DNA of 46,006 nucleotides from Catajapyx aquilonaris (taxonomy: Eukaryota). The position numbers and the translations under genes are program-made. The DNA lies in assembly GCA_000934665.2 (NCBI GenBank), contig JYFJ02003147.1:1-46006 (forward strand), written 5' to 3'. The notes beneath the pieces were generated by a model. The model was not told where the DNA came from, made no database searches, and was given only the letters and a program-made list of their open reading frames with translations. Of this stretch, positions 1 to 12,647 are shown piece after piece (position 1 is the first letter of the stretch; each line of letters starts with the position of its first letter).

Positions 1-551
1 GGCGGCCGCAAATATCGCCCCAGGAGAAAAATAAGCGCACCATCTCAAAGGGCAACCCTTTCGCGTCCAGATACTCCAGTTTCATGCCGATACCTCCCTA
101 TTTGCGGCCGTGACAGCGAGAGGAAGAAGTGTCAAACTCACGGGCCGGCCCGCGACGGGCTACCCGCAACAATGAATAGCGTAGCCTAGAGCGTGCTCTT
201 AAACTGCAAATCATCAAGAACTGAAAGAATTTATTTAATAGGCTACAGACTACGTGTACTGTACCATACGAGTATATACCTCGTGTAGGCTACAATTCAG
301 ACATTTTTGGAGTGTACCCTAAATAGCACTAGCAATAATGCACACTTTTGACCATCACTTTATATATACAAACGCTGAATTTTCCTCTCGCCCATAGGGT
401 TATGCATTATTGTAGTAGTTTCCAATGACGTGTTGTGCAAAAATACTGCATGTGACAACAACACCTACAATAATATTATATTATATGGTCTCAGATCTGC
501 ACCCCTATAGAGTATGGTGTATTGGTACTTACATATCAAACAGTACAATAC

Positions 552-2112
552 CTTTATGGACAGACTCTTGGTAGTGTCTGCTTGTTCCTTTCGTACCGCA
601 CCGGAGATTGATCGACGCTTGACCCTCTTCAGTAGATCCGGACACATCTTTTGGAAATTTGGATGTTTATATTCCTTTATCCTGATATCAGCAATGCCCA
701 CCCATTGGTCGTGCTTAGTATGCATGGACCGGAATCCATATAGGTTCAGCTGCCTGACAAAGGAGACATATTTCCGTGATTGGAAAATTCCACTTGGGCT
801 GCTCAAATACTCCTGGAAAAAATAGGTGCAAGTTATGGTTACAGTGGAGTCTCCAAGTGTGCTTTCTCTGATGGTAAATGGTAATGTACATAATATAATC
901 CCAGTATCAAATACTCTTTAATGCAAGGACTTCAGCTTGGATGTGGATCAGAATCACACACTGCTGAAAAATTGTCAAGGAATATCTGATGGCCAGGTCT
1001 GGACCATAACACTATGTAATTGCTTTGGTCCTCGCAGAAATGAATCCAACTTGACACAGAGTAGGAGTCACATTTATTCATGTGAATGTCTCCAGTAACC
1101 AACAATCCTAGTAATGACTGTTACGGGACAATCGATGACATTCAATCTCCCTTTGAACAGGAGGCTTGGGCAATGCACCACTAACCCTTTCTTTATACAG
1201 GGTGATCTGTCTAGAGAATTAGAAACTAGAACTTTGGATCCAAAAACACCACATTTTACAATGGTGAAAATTCCCATGAGTCTTGGTGCCCAGGGGTGTT
1301 GATCCTTTTGTTTCATGCTCATTCAGTATTATACTCCTATAATATAGTTCCCAATTTTTCTGTTAGGCTCTGATGATAAATTACATTAATTTTTGTGTCA
1401 TTATTGCTCAACAGTAATTTTGATGAAGGCAGCAGCAAATTAGACAAAAGTGTTGCCAATATGATGTAAAGCAACTGCATCTCTTGTGAAAATTAGGCAC
1501 ATTCCCCTGAGGTCATAAACCATACCAGGTCGCCAGCCTTGCCCTCCTCCGTCAGCTCCAATACAGCTACGCACGCCCAACTAGAATCTGCTGGCCGCCA
1601 GTTTCGAACACAAACACTACATGGTGGGGTCAACGAACTCTCTGCTGGGAGCCAAGGTTCACGTTCAGTTTCCTTGAACCCGACCCCGGTACCCCGGTGT
1701 TGAACTACCATCGTGTTACTCTCACTGGAACAATCCCTCTCTGCTCTGTTCCAACCCTGGTCCAGCGTTCGAAATATTCATTATATGCGTGCGGCAATTG
1801 TTCCAGTGCGAACATGCGTAATTTAACAAGAGATACAGTGCAGTGAGTGCCGGATAATCATACTGCAATGTAGGCCTGCTCAGACAATGACAGTTTTGGC
1901 GGTAGGTCCTTTCCCCTACACTTAATTAATAAAACACTCACATCTACACTATCTTAGTGGAATATTCCATTTACCTGGAACTTTATAGGGTCGATAAGAA
2001 TGGACGTCCCTTCGCGACCCCATTGAATTGCTCCAGATTCGCAGTGGCTGAGCAAGTGGTACAACTTGTACGGGAAGCGTAGCTTGGATGCTACCATCCC
2101 GACACCCTCCAT
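552..2112 (-). CDS. HSF-type DNA-binding domain protein (HSF5/HSFY-like), partial; exons 2112-1975 and 812-~552, probably continues beyond the left edge
   Basis: Exon 1 reads KLRFPYKLYHLL...IQWGREGTSILIDPIKFQ (donor CAG|GTAA at 1975). It joins in phase 0 to TTTTCCAG|EYLSSPSGIFQSRKYVSFVRQLNLYGFR...YKHPNFQKMCPDLLKRVKRR. SFVRQLNxYGF is the HSF DBD signature. The start codon and the exon 2 donor are tentative. Confidence 0.88.
1489..1763 (-). ncRNA. Candidate structured ncRNA of unknown class in HSF intron 1
   Basis: GC-richer island. TATAA at 1785-1781, no T4 run in the body, TTTT at 1492-1489. Several stems contain G-U pairs only on the minus strand. Confidence 0.35.
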
Positions 2113-2717
2113 CACGATCAACGAATACTGGCTGGCTCTCCACCGCCTGTCCTGCTTTTCCGCTTCGAGGTTTATTTGGAACGAATGTGTTCCAAAACCA
2201 AGATGGCGGCTCATGGCGCTAACATGAACACTTCCGCCGGATCCCGTCTCAAGGAACCTGCGCACAGTCCCAAAGGAGAAAAATGTGCAAAATTAAATAA
2301 TAATAAAAAGTGGGGGGATTTTTTAATGTTTGGTAGGAACTTGAAAATTTCGCAAATGAAAAGTTCAACAGTCTATTTGTATTTGAGTCATGTGGTATGG
2401 GCGGGCTACTACAATACAAGTACTGTACAAGTACTTGCTTTTTCCACGTCTGTTGAGTAGAAATGACTCCAGGCTCTCTTAATAATCAGAGGAATGTGGC
2501 TCCCTACGCCTTCCGATATTTTTGCTTGCAAATGCCGACAGTTTGCTGTTATTTTTAAAACTAGCAGCGGAGCACGTTCTTCGCACGGTTTATTTCCATG
2601 GTAAAGTAAACAGTTACATTATTTATTCACAGAATCTTCGGGAACACGCGCACACCCTGCAGGTTTTGGGTGAAAAATGACATTAAAATCAAATTCAGCG
2701 ACCTAAAGAACCGAAGA

Positions 2718-2743
2718 GGGGGGGGGGGGGGNGGGGGGGGGGG
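2718..2743. repeat. Poly-G tract containing an N (2732); likely assembly join or uncertainty
   Basis: Seen directly. Confidence 0.9.
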
Positions 2744-2969
2744 AACTATTTTAACTAACTAACTAATCTAATGCAGTGTATGATTATTATTTTTTCTCGA
2801 GTATTTTCGGTTTCGCATCACCGTGGGACGATATAACTAACACGAGTGGAATGGAGCGTCGATTATACAGGCCTCACCGTTATCTTCAGAGGCGTAACTA
2901 GGGTATGGCAAGTAAGGCACGTGCCATGGGCGCCCCTTGAAGGGGGCGCCACTGATGACTTTCTGTTAA

Positions 2970-4181
2970 GGTGGTTGGGTAGTTATGGCCCCATCCTAAG
3001 AAGTTCATAAAAATTGCACGATTTACAGAAAAAAGTGTGCTCTTTAAAATAAACCCATAAAAAGGGTACTTACCGGTCAATTTATTGAACCACCGACACC
3101 TAAACATAGCTAATTTTATCATTGGCCTTATGGAAAAACGGCCAGAAACAGCATGTTACCGGCTCCGTTCAGCAGTAATTATCAATTAACTGGACGTAGT
3201 ACAGTATAGTATCGTTACGCAGATTATCGATATGCGTTAATAATATTCATCGATTCAAGCAGTAGTGGTGTAGTGGTATGGTGGCCGACTGCTAATCGGG
3301 AGGTCCTGGGTTCGAATCCCGGAGGCCGGCGACCCTGACCATGGTTTTCTGTGGTTTCCCATGGTCCTTGCAGGATAATTCCGGGGTCGTTACCGTAATA
3401 TAGGCCACAGCCGCCTCCTTCCTACCCTTTCCCTGCTTCATTCCGATGATGAGAAAAATAGTAAAAATGGAAGAGTTCCAGACAAAAAATTGGGAGAAAT
3501 CCCCCCCTAGGAAAGCCCGTAGGCTGATAATGGGGTATCAAATTATTATTATTATTATATTCATCGATTCTAAGAGCGCACATTAATTATTTATTTCAGA
3601 ATAATTTATAAAATTACATGTGTATTTGGTACTAAATGCTAAATGTCATTATTACTACATGTAAATTCATAGCCAATCCTAATTATAAGATTTTAATTAG
3701 CCCGCTGCCTATGGTTAGTGCCTATGGTTAAGCCTATGGTTGGTTGGCAGCGCCACCACAGACTCTAGCGAATGTTTTGTGAATTAGAATGTGACGTCAC
3801 GTCGTGACGTAGGGTAGACTCAACAATGGGAGGGATTGCGCTGTTGCCGGACCTCACTACCAACCTAGGCACAAAAAGGTGCCGCAAAGGGACCCTAATA
3901 ATGTCGAATATTGTTAAAGTATGACTTTGGCCCCGGACATATTTGTTGCATTTGGTTCGTACGTTCAATCAAGGTTGGCAAGCCTGCTTGCAGCTCCCTG
4001 AACCATGACACTTTCTACGCCAAAAAAATATCTTTTGCAGTGTATACCTAAAAATCAGTGCAGGTTCCGACATTATAAGTAGGCGTGTGTAAGTAGGGAG
4101 CCCTTGTTCCGAATTTTAAGTTCAACTTGTGGAATGTTTTTTACAGGCTCTGATTTGACTTATTTTCACTACCCAACCACC
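2970..4181. mobile_element. Non-autonomous TTAA-targeting DNA transposon (Kolobok-like)
   Basis: Perfect 14-bp TIR GGTGGTTGGGTAGT / ACTACCCAACCACC, flanked by TTAA at 2966-2969 and 4182-4185. Confidence 0.8.
3257..3556 (+). mobile_element. tRNA-derived SINE
   Basis: A box (TGGTGTAGTGG), anticodon-like loop ctGCTaa, B box (GGTTCGAATCC), non-tRNA body and (ATT)n tail. Perfect 14-bp TSD ATATTCATCGATTC at 3243-3256 and 3557-3570. Confidence 0.9.
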
Positions 4182-4364
4182 TTAAAGTCAAAATGAGCTA
4201 TCTTCGGACGATTGCAATAGAATTTTATTTACATAGTACAATATTTACAATATTATTATGTAACAAATATCAACTTTTTATCCTCGAGTATTCATGGCAT
4301 TTCCATGTTCCTTAGGCCACTCGTAACTCATAATGGGCATTCATTTTGTCTGAACGTGTTTTTG

Positions 4365-4367
4365 TTT

Positions 4368-4413
<46 letters not shown>
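4365..4413. repeat. (GTT)n microsatellite
   Basis: Seen directly. Confidence 0.95.
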
Positions 4414-4415
<2 letters not shown>

Positions 4416-5642
4416 TTAGCTTGGGGCAGTCAGAAAACCAAAGTCCTCGAAATATAGCCGGTCTTTCCGAATCGATGATGCTAGATCATCTCGGATTTTG
4501 CCGAAAGAAATCACAGCTGTATATACACACCTATGACGTAAGTGTAAGAAAAGAAATCGCGAAATAAAATTTGGAAGGGCTGCTCAGAGAATTAGGCCTT
4601 TATAGGATTTTTTTAAGGTTAGTGTATATGGTAAAAACCCAATCAATATGTACATCAAATGAAAGATAAAGACGAGGAAAATGCCCCTAGGTCAAAACCA
4701 AAGGTTTGACAAAATGAAACGTCATTATATGAGTTACGAGTGATAACGAGAGATGACCTAAGGAACCATGGCAGTGAAGTTCCATGGTCAAATATCGTGT
4801 TCATAGTGTTATGGGCGAGAAGCACTATGATGACTCCATGGATCAAGGCAGCAGACTATGTGATCTAGCTCTGCTGAGTGTAGAAAGAGATTGAAGAAAC
4901 TGACTTTGACCTTATCATCAACCAAATTACATCAGTGAAAGCAAGGAAGGCGCGGTTATCATTTTTATGAGCATATGTGTCATTTGTCAATAAAAAGATT
5001 AATGAACTTTTGACTGATATATTATTTGAGCTGATTTAATGATGTAAAGTTATCTGAAAAATGGGTTTCAGATGTGTTGGTAGGTGATTGCCATATATGC
5101 TCTATTTTCCGTAGATACGTCTCTGACTATCGTATTAGCCTATTAGCCTAATTGGAAGCCATGGTGCTGGGATCGGGGATCTGTGACCCGCCACATGCGT
5201 TGTGGTTTCCGAATATCGTCATCTGCTATACTTTACCATCCTCACAAAACCATCAGTGACCCAAGTCGCAGGAGAGCGGCAGACGGACCGAAGCTCTCTC
5301 AAAGTGGTATTAATTTTGCGGAATAATATGCGCAATATCGTTATTCTCTTCTCATAAAATTTAACGTAACCTAATATTTTTAATTTACTTTATTACATCA
5401 CACGTTATGGGCAGGAATCTTATTTTTACATGCTGAACTGCATAATGAAAAATCATAGCGTACCAGTATTCAGAATACTATACAGTATAGTTTACTGGAA
5501 CACCCTATAATACAGTACAGTTGATTTTTGCCAGTTTTGAGATGTTGCAGATACAAAAGAATAAATAAATATTCCAAGCATAGGCTACGTCGTATTTCCT
5601 GGAATGCTACTCTTGCATGGTTTAAATCAGTACCGTATTCTA

Positions 5643-8600
5643 TTAATTCGATCTAAATCCTCGCACAATTAACATATCTTCTCTGGATATCCTCTTGAGG
5701 TAATCTGTTAACTGGTTGATATCTTCATCTGACATGACATAAACTAAAATTTTGTCAAGAGTCGGGCTAGTGTCAATAAGGCGTTTCCAAGTCTCCACCG
5801 ACATGAATGCTTGCTGTCAGAACAAAGTTCGTCAGGTCACAATGAGAAGTGGACACCAATTAAAATATTGTTCATTGCGTTAATAAGTGATATACAAACC
5901 TGCTTCATATTAATAGCACGCAGATTCGGCATTGACTTTTGTTCCAAGAGGCTGTCCATGACTAGAGAAAAATCGAATTTATTGTCTTCCACTTCGATGC
6001 TGTCTGCAAATGCCCGCACTCCCAGGCCTAGAGTGGTGATTGTATCTGCACAGTTAGGCAGGAATATAGGTAGTACTGCAGAAGGCTGCCACCTGCAAAT
6101 CAGTAATTGCTTGGAATTTGCATTGCGTAGGTGCTATTATTTTACAGGTAGGCCTACTGCAGCTTACATGTATCCATGTATGCCCAATTCTCGTAACCGA
6201 CTAAATATGGGGTCAGAATATCCCAGGATGCCCTCGTCCTGATCTTGGTTTTGTTCGACATCCGCCTGAGTGTCCAGAGGGCGCTCCTCTCCCAAATCGT
6301 AAAAAACAAATTTCGTTAGAAATGGGCAGTATTTTCCTATTAGCTTCATATCTTCCGAAAAAGGAAGGATATCAATCTGGAACACCATTATGTCGGGTAT
6401 GGCTAAGCAGAGATTAGTTAGGTAGCAACCTGATAAGTGAATGAGAAAATATGCCTAATTTAGGTTTTTTTACAGCATGAATAATTCTATCACTAACATG
6501 TTCAAAATGAACACTAATTAGGTTTAGGAATAGTGTTTTCTAAACTATAATTACATTTATTACTGTACCACATACCTTTCACTTTGAGAAATTCTTGAAA
6601 TGGGGCTTCAAATGGATACGGTGCGTTTATAAAAGTGAGATTTTGTAGCTGGATAGAGCCGTTGACAAGTTCTTGGTATATTTCCATACCGCTATCGTGT
6701 GCGTACCTAGAGGCCTGCAAAATATGCAGGATAATTTTATTCAAATTTACTTTCAACTGATTTACCGTAGCAATATTATTAAATATTACTAATTGGCCTA
6801 CATTACCGTCGCTAGAACCTTCTTCAATCCGGGGCATAGTTTATTAAGTGCTGCAAAATGAGCAGGAGTAGCACCAAATATTTCAATCTCCGTCAAGCTA
6901 AGAGGCGGCAACGAGTCCACATTTTGAGCCAGAAGAGAGATTACATTTGAAAACAATCCGCTCACAGTGTGACAAAGTATTTCGATCGGCGTCTCTTGCA
7001 ACACACGCAATATAGCATCATTCCTGCCTGTTATGTCTTTCAGGATGCAGTTGCAGGACATCCTATAACATCTCCCGGGCTCCATGTCGAGCTTTTTCAG
7101 ATTTCTGCAAATTTTCAACTAACATGCATGCGTATACATTAATAGATATTGCGTTACTATAAGTGAAAGCGCACTTCTCACATCTAGTAATCCTTGAGGA
7201 GTTATGTATATGTCGCAAGGTCCCATCCCATCATCCGGTATGGGCATCGCGTAAGGCAGTGTAAGAGGGCTTATTGTAATTTCTTCAATGAGTGGACAAG
7301 ATTGAGCCAAGGCTTTTAAGATTGGGTCTGACATGCTGTAACATAAGGATGGCCACTTAATATAGTACTGTACACACGCTAATAACTCTTATGCACTTGC
7401 ATACTGTATGTGAGTGGCATTACAGCATGCTGGTGTACTAACGAGGTCAAAATGATGAAGATGATCAATATTGTCTCACTGCACTTATATCAATGCCATT
7501 TCAGTCAGGTGTCTGTTCCAATGATAAAATACAACCTAAAAAACCTAAAAACACCTGAAGTGCATGACATACACTTCGGCAAATTCTTGTTAGGCAACAA
7601 CATCAGTGGGAAATCCAAATAAGTTAGTAAGGTAATTGAGGCAGATTATGATGGAACATCTTCACATTTTATCCTCTGTAGTGCACAAGTTGGGAAATCA
7701 ATAAGGGTAGGAGCAGAATGTCGGATATATGAGAAATACTAACAAGTGAGACTGAACAGCTGACTCGCAAGATCAAGCATCAGTTTCCGGATTCAGTTTG
7801 TCAGTATTACTGTAGATGATAAAATCAGTAGCGGTATAAATAATAAAAGAGACCTCATACATCAGGAGAGAGTCATTTAATCTCAAAGGGACCAACATAC
7901 TGTCAAAAGGAACGTGACAACAAGGAAACAGACACTGCTATTCAGCTACTGCTATTATTTCAGTATGGTTTATAATCTATAACTATCAACTTCTGAGAGT
8001 CATAAGTAAACAAGCATAATTCACTCACCAATTTAGTGGAGTGTCGGTTGAGTTGCAAATTAGTAGATAGTAACATTCTCTTTTTATGCTTGTTTACTTA
8101 TGACTCTCAGAAAGATGTACGATACTTCCTACTGGAATGTTATGCATAACACGTGTTATGACAATTTATTGCATTACCTGCCGCTGATAAGGTTGACATA
8201 AGTGAGGTTTTGCAAGCGGGCAAATTGATCTGGCCAGAAGGAATAGTAGGGTGGAAGAGTAGTTTCAGAAGAATCTGGGTCTCTGTTGGTTTCTAATTTT
8301 GTCATCCCGTCATGTAAATACATGCACAATTTAAGTCGAACATCTTCCGTGGCTCTCCCTTCTCTAATATACATCCGTCCGTCACAGATCTGATCCAGGA
8401 GCTCAATCTGAGTACGCAATAACAATTATTCTTCTTAAACCTAAAGCTGACTAATGAGGTGTGCAGTCGAGCAGAAAAGCTTACTGTACGCTCATTATCC
8501 ACTTAAGTACATAAAGATAACATTTAGCAATTTCATACAGGCACTCTACAATAATTTATATGCACACTATTTTTTTATTTTCCTTAGTGTGTAATTATGC

Positions 8601-8957
8601 AGTCTAAAATGCAACAATAAACATTGACTTATGATGGTGGTCTCTGTGCTCATATGGTATGCCAATACCTGCGTCACATACTTACTTCTGATTGTCGTAA
8701 AGATTCCTTCTTAAAAATTAATTATGCTTTGAATTTAAAACTCTTGTCGAAATTTCTGTTCTAAGTACAGTACATGCTGTAACTCACAGAGATCAGTGAC
8801 CCTGCAATATGCGTACCTTTTGTTGGCAGTTACGGAAGAGAAATTCGCGCACTTTTTTGCATTCTTCCAAGGCTGCAGGACTGTTATAATATCCGTAATT
8901 TTCCTGGATCCTTCTTGCCGTATCGTTTATTAAAGAGCACATTTCTGACAGACTCAT
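5643..8957 (-). CDS. Multi-exon leucine-rich-repeat protein (RNI/AMN1/FBXL-like LRRs), uncharacterised
   Basis: Spliceable exons with LRR-like units: FARLQNLTYVNL, ILKALAQSCPLIEEITI, CRNLKKLDM, LNKLCPGLKKV, LQNLTFIN, MPNLRAINM. The last exon ends ...LIVRGFRSN* (TAA 5645-5643). Start MSLSEMC at 8957 is tentative. Confidence 0.7.
7991..8112. repeat. Perfect 29-bp inverted repeat with 64-nt spacer (MITE-like) in an LRR-gene intron
   Basis: TTCTGAGAGTCATAAGTAAACAAGCATAA at 7991-8019 and its reverse complement at 8084-8112. Confidence 0.8.
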
Positions 8958-9633
8958 AAATACAAGAGTCCTGAGATGATTTCCATGATATGTTCCGAAT
9001 CCTATTAACATGCAAAATTGATAAAATATTGTGTGAAACATGGATATACTAATTAACTTATATACCCATCAGTGTAACTCTCAAATCATAGCTCAAAATA
9101 CACCATGTAAGTAATTTTCTACATCACAGTGGGCTGTGATATGTGGGCTTTCAATGCACTGGAAATGATAAAATATGGGAATACTTTGGAAACACCCCAC
9201 ATTAGTGAAATAAGGGCTCAGTGAACTCTAGTCAGTTCACATATAATGTGAAAGACGAACTCTATCACTGACTACCGTTCATTGATGAGTGATATGCGCA
9301 AGTTAAAGTATGAGATAGAAATCCATGCCCATTCACCAGTAATATTTACCTAAAGTCAAAGTCCTGACACTCATTTTGTATTCCAATAATATACTACTGC
9401 TTGTCACTAATAATGTTTCCATAGTAAGGGGAACTGGAATAAGAGTACGAGTAGAGAATGGAGAATAACTTTTTATGCTTTCTGTGCATGCCACATGCAA
9501 TAACCGAAAATACCGTGTCATTATTATTTAATCATAAAATTATTATTCCAAATGGACGGCTATGTAATAAAAGTGCGCTTTTACATGATTAGTTGACAAT
9601 TTAATAGGCTGGCACTAGCACTCGGCAATATAT

Positions 9634-10805
9634 TCAAAGCTTGGAGTTTCTGGAGGAGAAGAAGTTCATAATTGCATTCATGCAGTCGTCAGAAGTACTT
9701 CTTTCAACCAGTCTCTCACACTCTTCGTCGTTAATCCGATGAAGAATGTCTTTTAGCTCATATCGCTGCAGTTCCTTTGCTATGATCATGCTCTGGAAAT
9801 ATATATGGTAACACACAAAATATTTCGTCAAGGATGTCATTGGATGATTATTGTTCTTACCTTCTTGGCATATGTAGAGTATTTTCTGAGACGAGGCCAT
9901 ACTTCTTGATGAAGAGTACTGTCTGGGAAAACTTCCGTGACCAGGCCCCAGTCACATGCTGTCTTAGCGCTAATTTTTCGATTGAAGCAGAGAAGTTCGC
10001 TAGCTTTGGCAAATCCCATCAAGCGGGGGAAAAGGTATGAAGAGCAACCTTCTGGGCTTTGTCCAAGGGCGCTGAATGGTGTGTAGAATATTGCCTAAAG
10101 AACATACATTCGAATTTTAATGTCCGATTGATATTGTTATTTTAGACAAGTAATAAAGAGGTGATGCATTTTATTAATCATGTGATTTCCTAAGCTTTAA
10201 CTTACTCTATCCGAGGCATAGACTAGGTCGAATAATCCCAAAATAGTAGTTCCAATGCCGATAGCAGGTCCATTAACAATTGCCACCAGAGGTTTTTTAA
10301 AGTCTATGAAGGCCTTCACAAACTTGCTGCCAAAGAATAATTAAATCACCAGCAGTGTTTCCTTCAGTAAGGATATATCATTACCGTCTCCCTGTAAAAA
10401 CAAAAGTGACACACACATCTGACTTACTTTACTAGACCCAATCCTTCCCTGGCCATGCCTTGAATCTGATCAAACGTCATATTCTCGGCTTGTGCAATTC
10501 TTGTGGTAAAATTGCTGAGGTCATTTCCGCTGGTGAAGTAATCACCTGCACCAGTTATGACAACAATAGAAGTATCGTCATCGTTTTCTGCTTCTAAAAG
10601 AGCCACGGGCACCTCTTTGAACATCTGCAGGAATAATCGACATATTATATAGCATTTCAGCAATGGAATGGTGTGATTTCCTATTACAGACCTCAGGAGT
10701 GCATGCATTTTTTCTTGTAGGCCGATTGAGTGTTATAACTGTTATCTTGCCATCTTGAGTTACCAACAATGTAGAATACTTTATTGAAGTGTAAGAGCCT
10801 GGCAT
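9634..10805 (-). CDS. ECI2: Enoyl-CoA delta isomerase 2-like (crotonase fold, peroxisomal), 5 coding exons
   Basis: Motifs [82 protein letters not shown]-terminal SKL (PTS1). Confidence 0.92.
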
Positions 10806-11131
10806 CCTTCTTTCGACAGAGTTTCGGAAGAAAGCCTTGAAAATAAAATAATGTATGGATCAAGTTTTTCGGGGTCCTTAAGAAGCGTCTGAAATATGCG
10901 CATTTATAATTTTTTCGAAGGGCACGTGCACTTGTGGTGTATTGTGATCTAGAACTTCTAGGGCTTCTGATAAAGTAGCGTTATCATCTGCTAACAGCCT
11001 TGGCGAGTATCCAAAGACGATAGCTTATTTGAATTGATAAAAACTAGAAGTAATCCACTAGAGAAAATGGTCATACAGTTCGATGCCTTTTCCGTTGATC
11101 ATTTTATGTGAAAACACAATGTCCAGGCTAA

Positions 11132-11257
11132 GGGCCGGTTTCACCGAGCTTGGTATATGATAAAACCAGGTTTCTTTAGAAAAATCCATACAAATAGATA
11201 GGGATTTTGCGAAAGAACCCTGGTTTTATCATATACTGAGCTCGGTGAAACCGGCCC
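11132..11257. mobile_element. Palindromic MITE, PIF/Harbinger (Tourist)-type
   Basis: GGGCCGGTTTCACCGAGCT...AGCTCGGTGAAACCGGCCC, nearly fully self-complementary, TAA TSD on both sides. Confidence 0.88.
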
Positions 11258-12647
11258 TAAAACACATTTTTTAAATTTTCCTCAATAAATATTCATATAG
11301 TATGACAACCATGGAAGCATAGTTGTAGACTCAGCACTCAGGATTCCATGATAATAATAATCATCTGGTAATTTCCTGATCACTGCAGGATTTTTTCTTT
11401 TTTTCCTTTTTTTTCTAGATCAAGAGAGGTGAACAAGGAGGTGTCGAGTTTTAAAAATTCCGATTTATTTCACTTCCAGTTTGTATGAGTGGTTTTTCAT
11501 GATATTAATTGATTTTTAAAATCATAAAGTTGGGTATATGTGTTTGTATTATGCAGTATGTAAATCATCTTGCTTCTCTTGATTCATCGCTGACTATCCC
11601 CGTCACAGCTTAATCCCTTGATAGGCTGTTGTATGTTGCTCTTTTAAAATCCGTAATTTGTTATATTTGAATGCAATTTCTTGCAGTAAGGAGATGCAGG
11701 TTGACCTTGCCTCTATACTAGTGAAGGTAAACCAATTCACGGGCTTCAACGTTCAAGGCCCTTGTAACATAACTTTCGCAAACGTGCTATTCAGAATTAG
11801 AAGGCGGGGAGAGGTCGAACAGGTCGAAATTGGTATATGGAAAGTGATTAGTCCACGATCATTATTTGTACGAATCGGACTGTGTTATAACTTATTTAAA
11901 AAACCATGCAATGTGGAAGAAAGACTTTTCCATCACTTCATCAACTATATGTTGCACGTGCCTGAAGCTGAAGTTGTCAAGGACACTCGCTACAACAAGA
12001 TCCATCCGACTCTTTAGATATATTTTTTTTCTGGTCGACTTTGGGCATTGACTATGGCAAACTGTAGACCATACATATACAAATAAGATAAGCAACAATC
12101 ACGACTAACATCCTTTAATGATCATTAAAATGAGCTATCACCGAACGTAATCCACCATAAAATAAATGGGCATTAGGGTACTTTTGATCAAAGGTACAGG
12201 CAGGGTACAGTGATGTAATAATAACAATTCACAAACCTCACGCTTCGTAAGTTATATTATTCCACACCAACCACGATTCTCTCTGACTGTGCACTGAGAC
12301 TAATGATAACCACTAATCATCTGGGAACGAGCGCCACCATGTGGAGTTCCTGCCCTCTAGCACTGGAAATACGTTGAAGAAAAGCTATGCAAATGGGCCA
12401 AGAACATACCGGTATACTGACCAGTTACAGAATTTAGCAACAAAATTCACTTTGATGACCAGGAGGGAAATGAGACAAAAGAAAATTTCTTAATTATAAT
12501 CATAAAGCAATTTAGCATGCTTTGAATATAAAATAAGTGTGTAACCTGGTGTAACCTATATGTAATAATAACTGTTTCCAATATACCACCAAATTGATTT
12601 GGATTTATTAATTAATTATGCAGCTGACGCTTCTCACATTCCCCAGC

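Larger units (their letters stand above)
2887..5125 (+). mobile_element. Old hAT (Tip100-like) element with transposase C-terminal relic
   Basis: Termini CAGAGGCGTAACTA (2887) and TAGATACGTCTCTG (to 5125) match 12/14 as an inverted repeat. ~4855-4970 reads RLCDLALLSVER/EETDFDLIINQITSVKARK across a frameshift, resembling the hAT dimerisation domain. The TSD is degenerate. Confidence 0.65.

Noticed and set aside
1..200. Possible Helentron-like repeat end
   Set aside because: Truncated by the window edge; only a general resemblance.
1489..1763. RNase P, MRP, SRP, telomerase RNA or HDV/hammerhead ribozyme assignment
   Set aside because: Diagnostic motifs were not found by eye; left unclassified.
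3259..3330. tRNA-Ser(GCT) gene
   Set aside because: No proper acceptor stem or long variable arm; it is the head of a SINE with tail and TSD.
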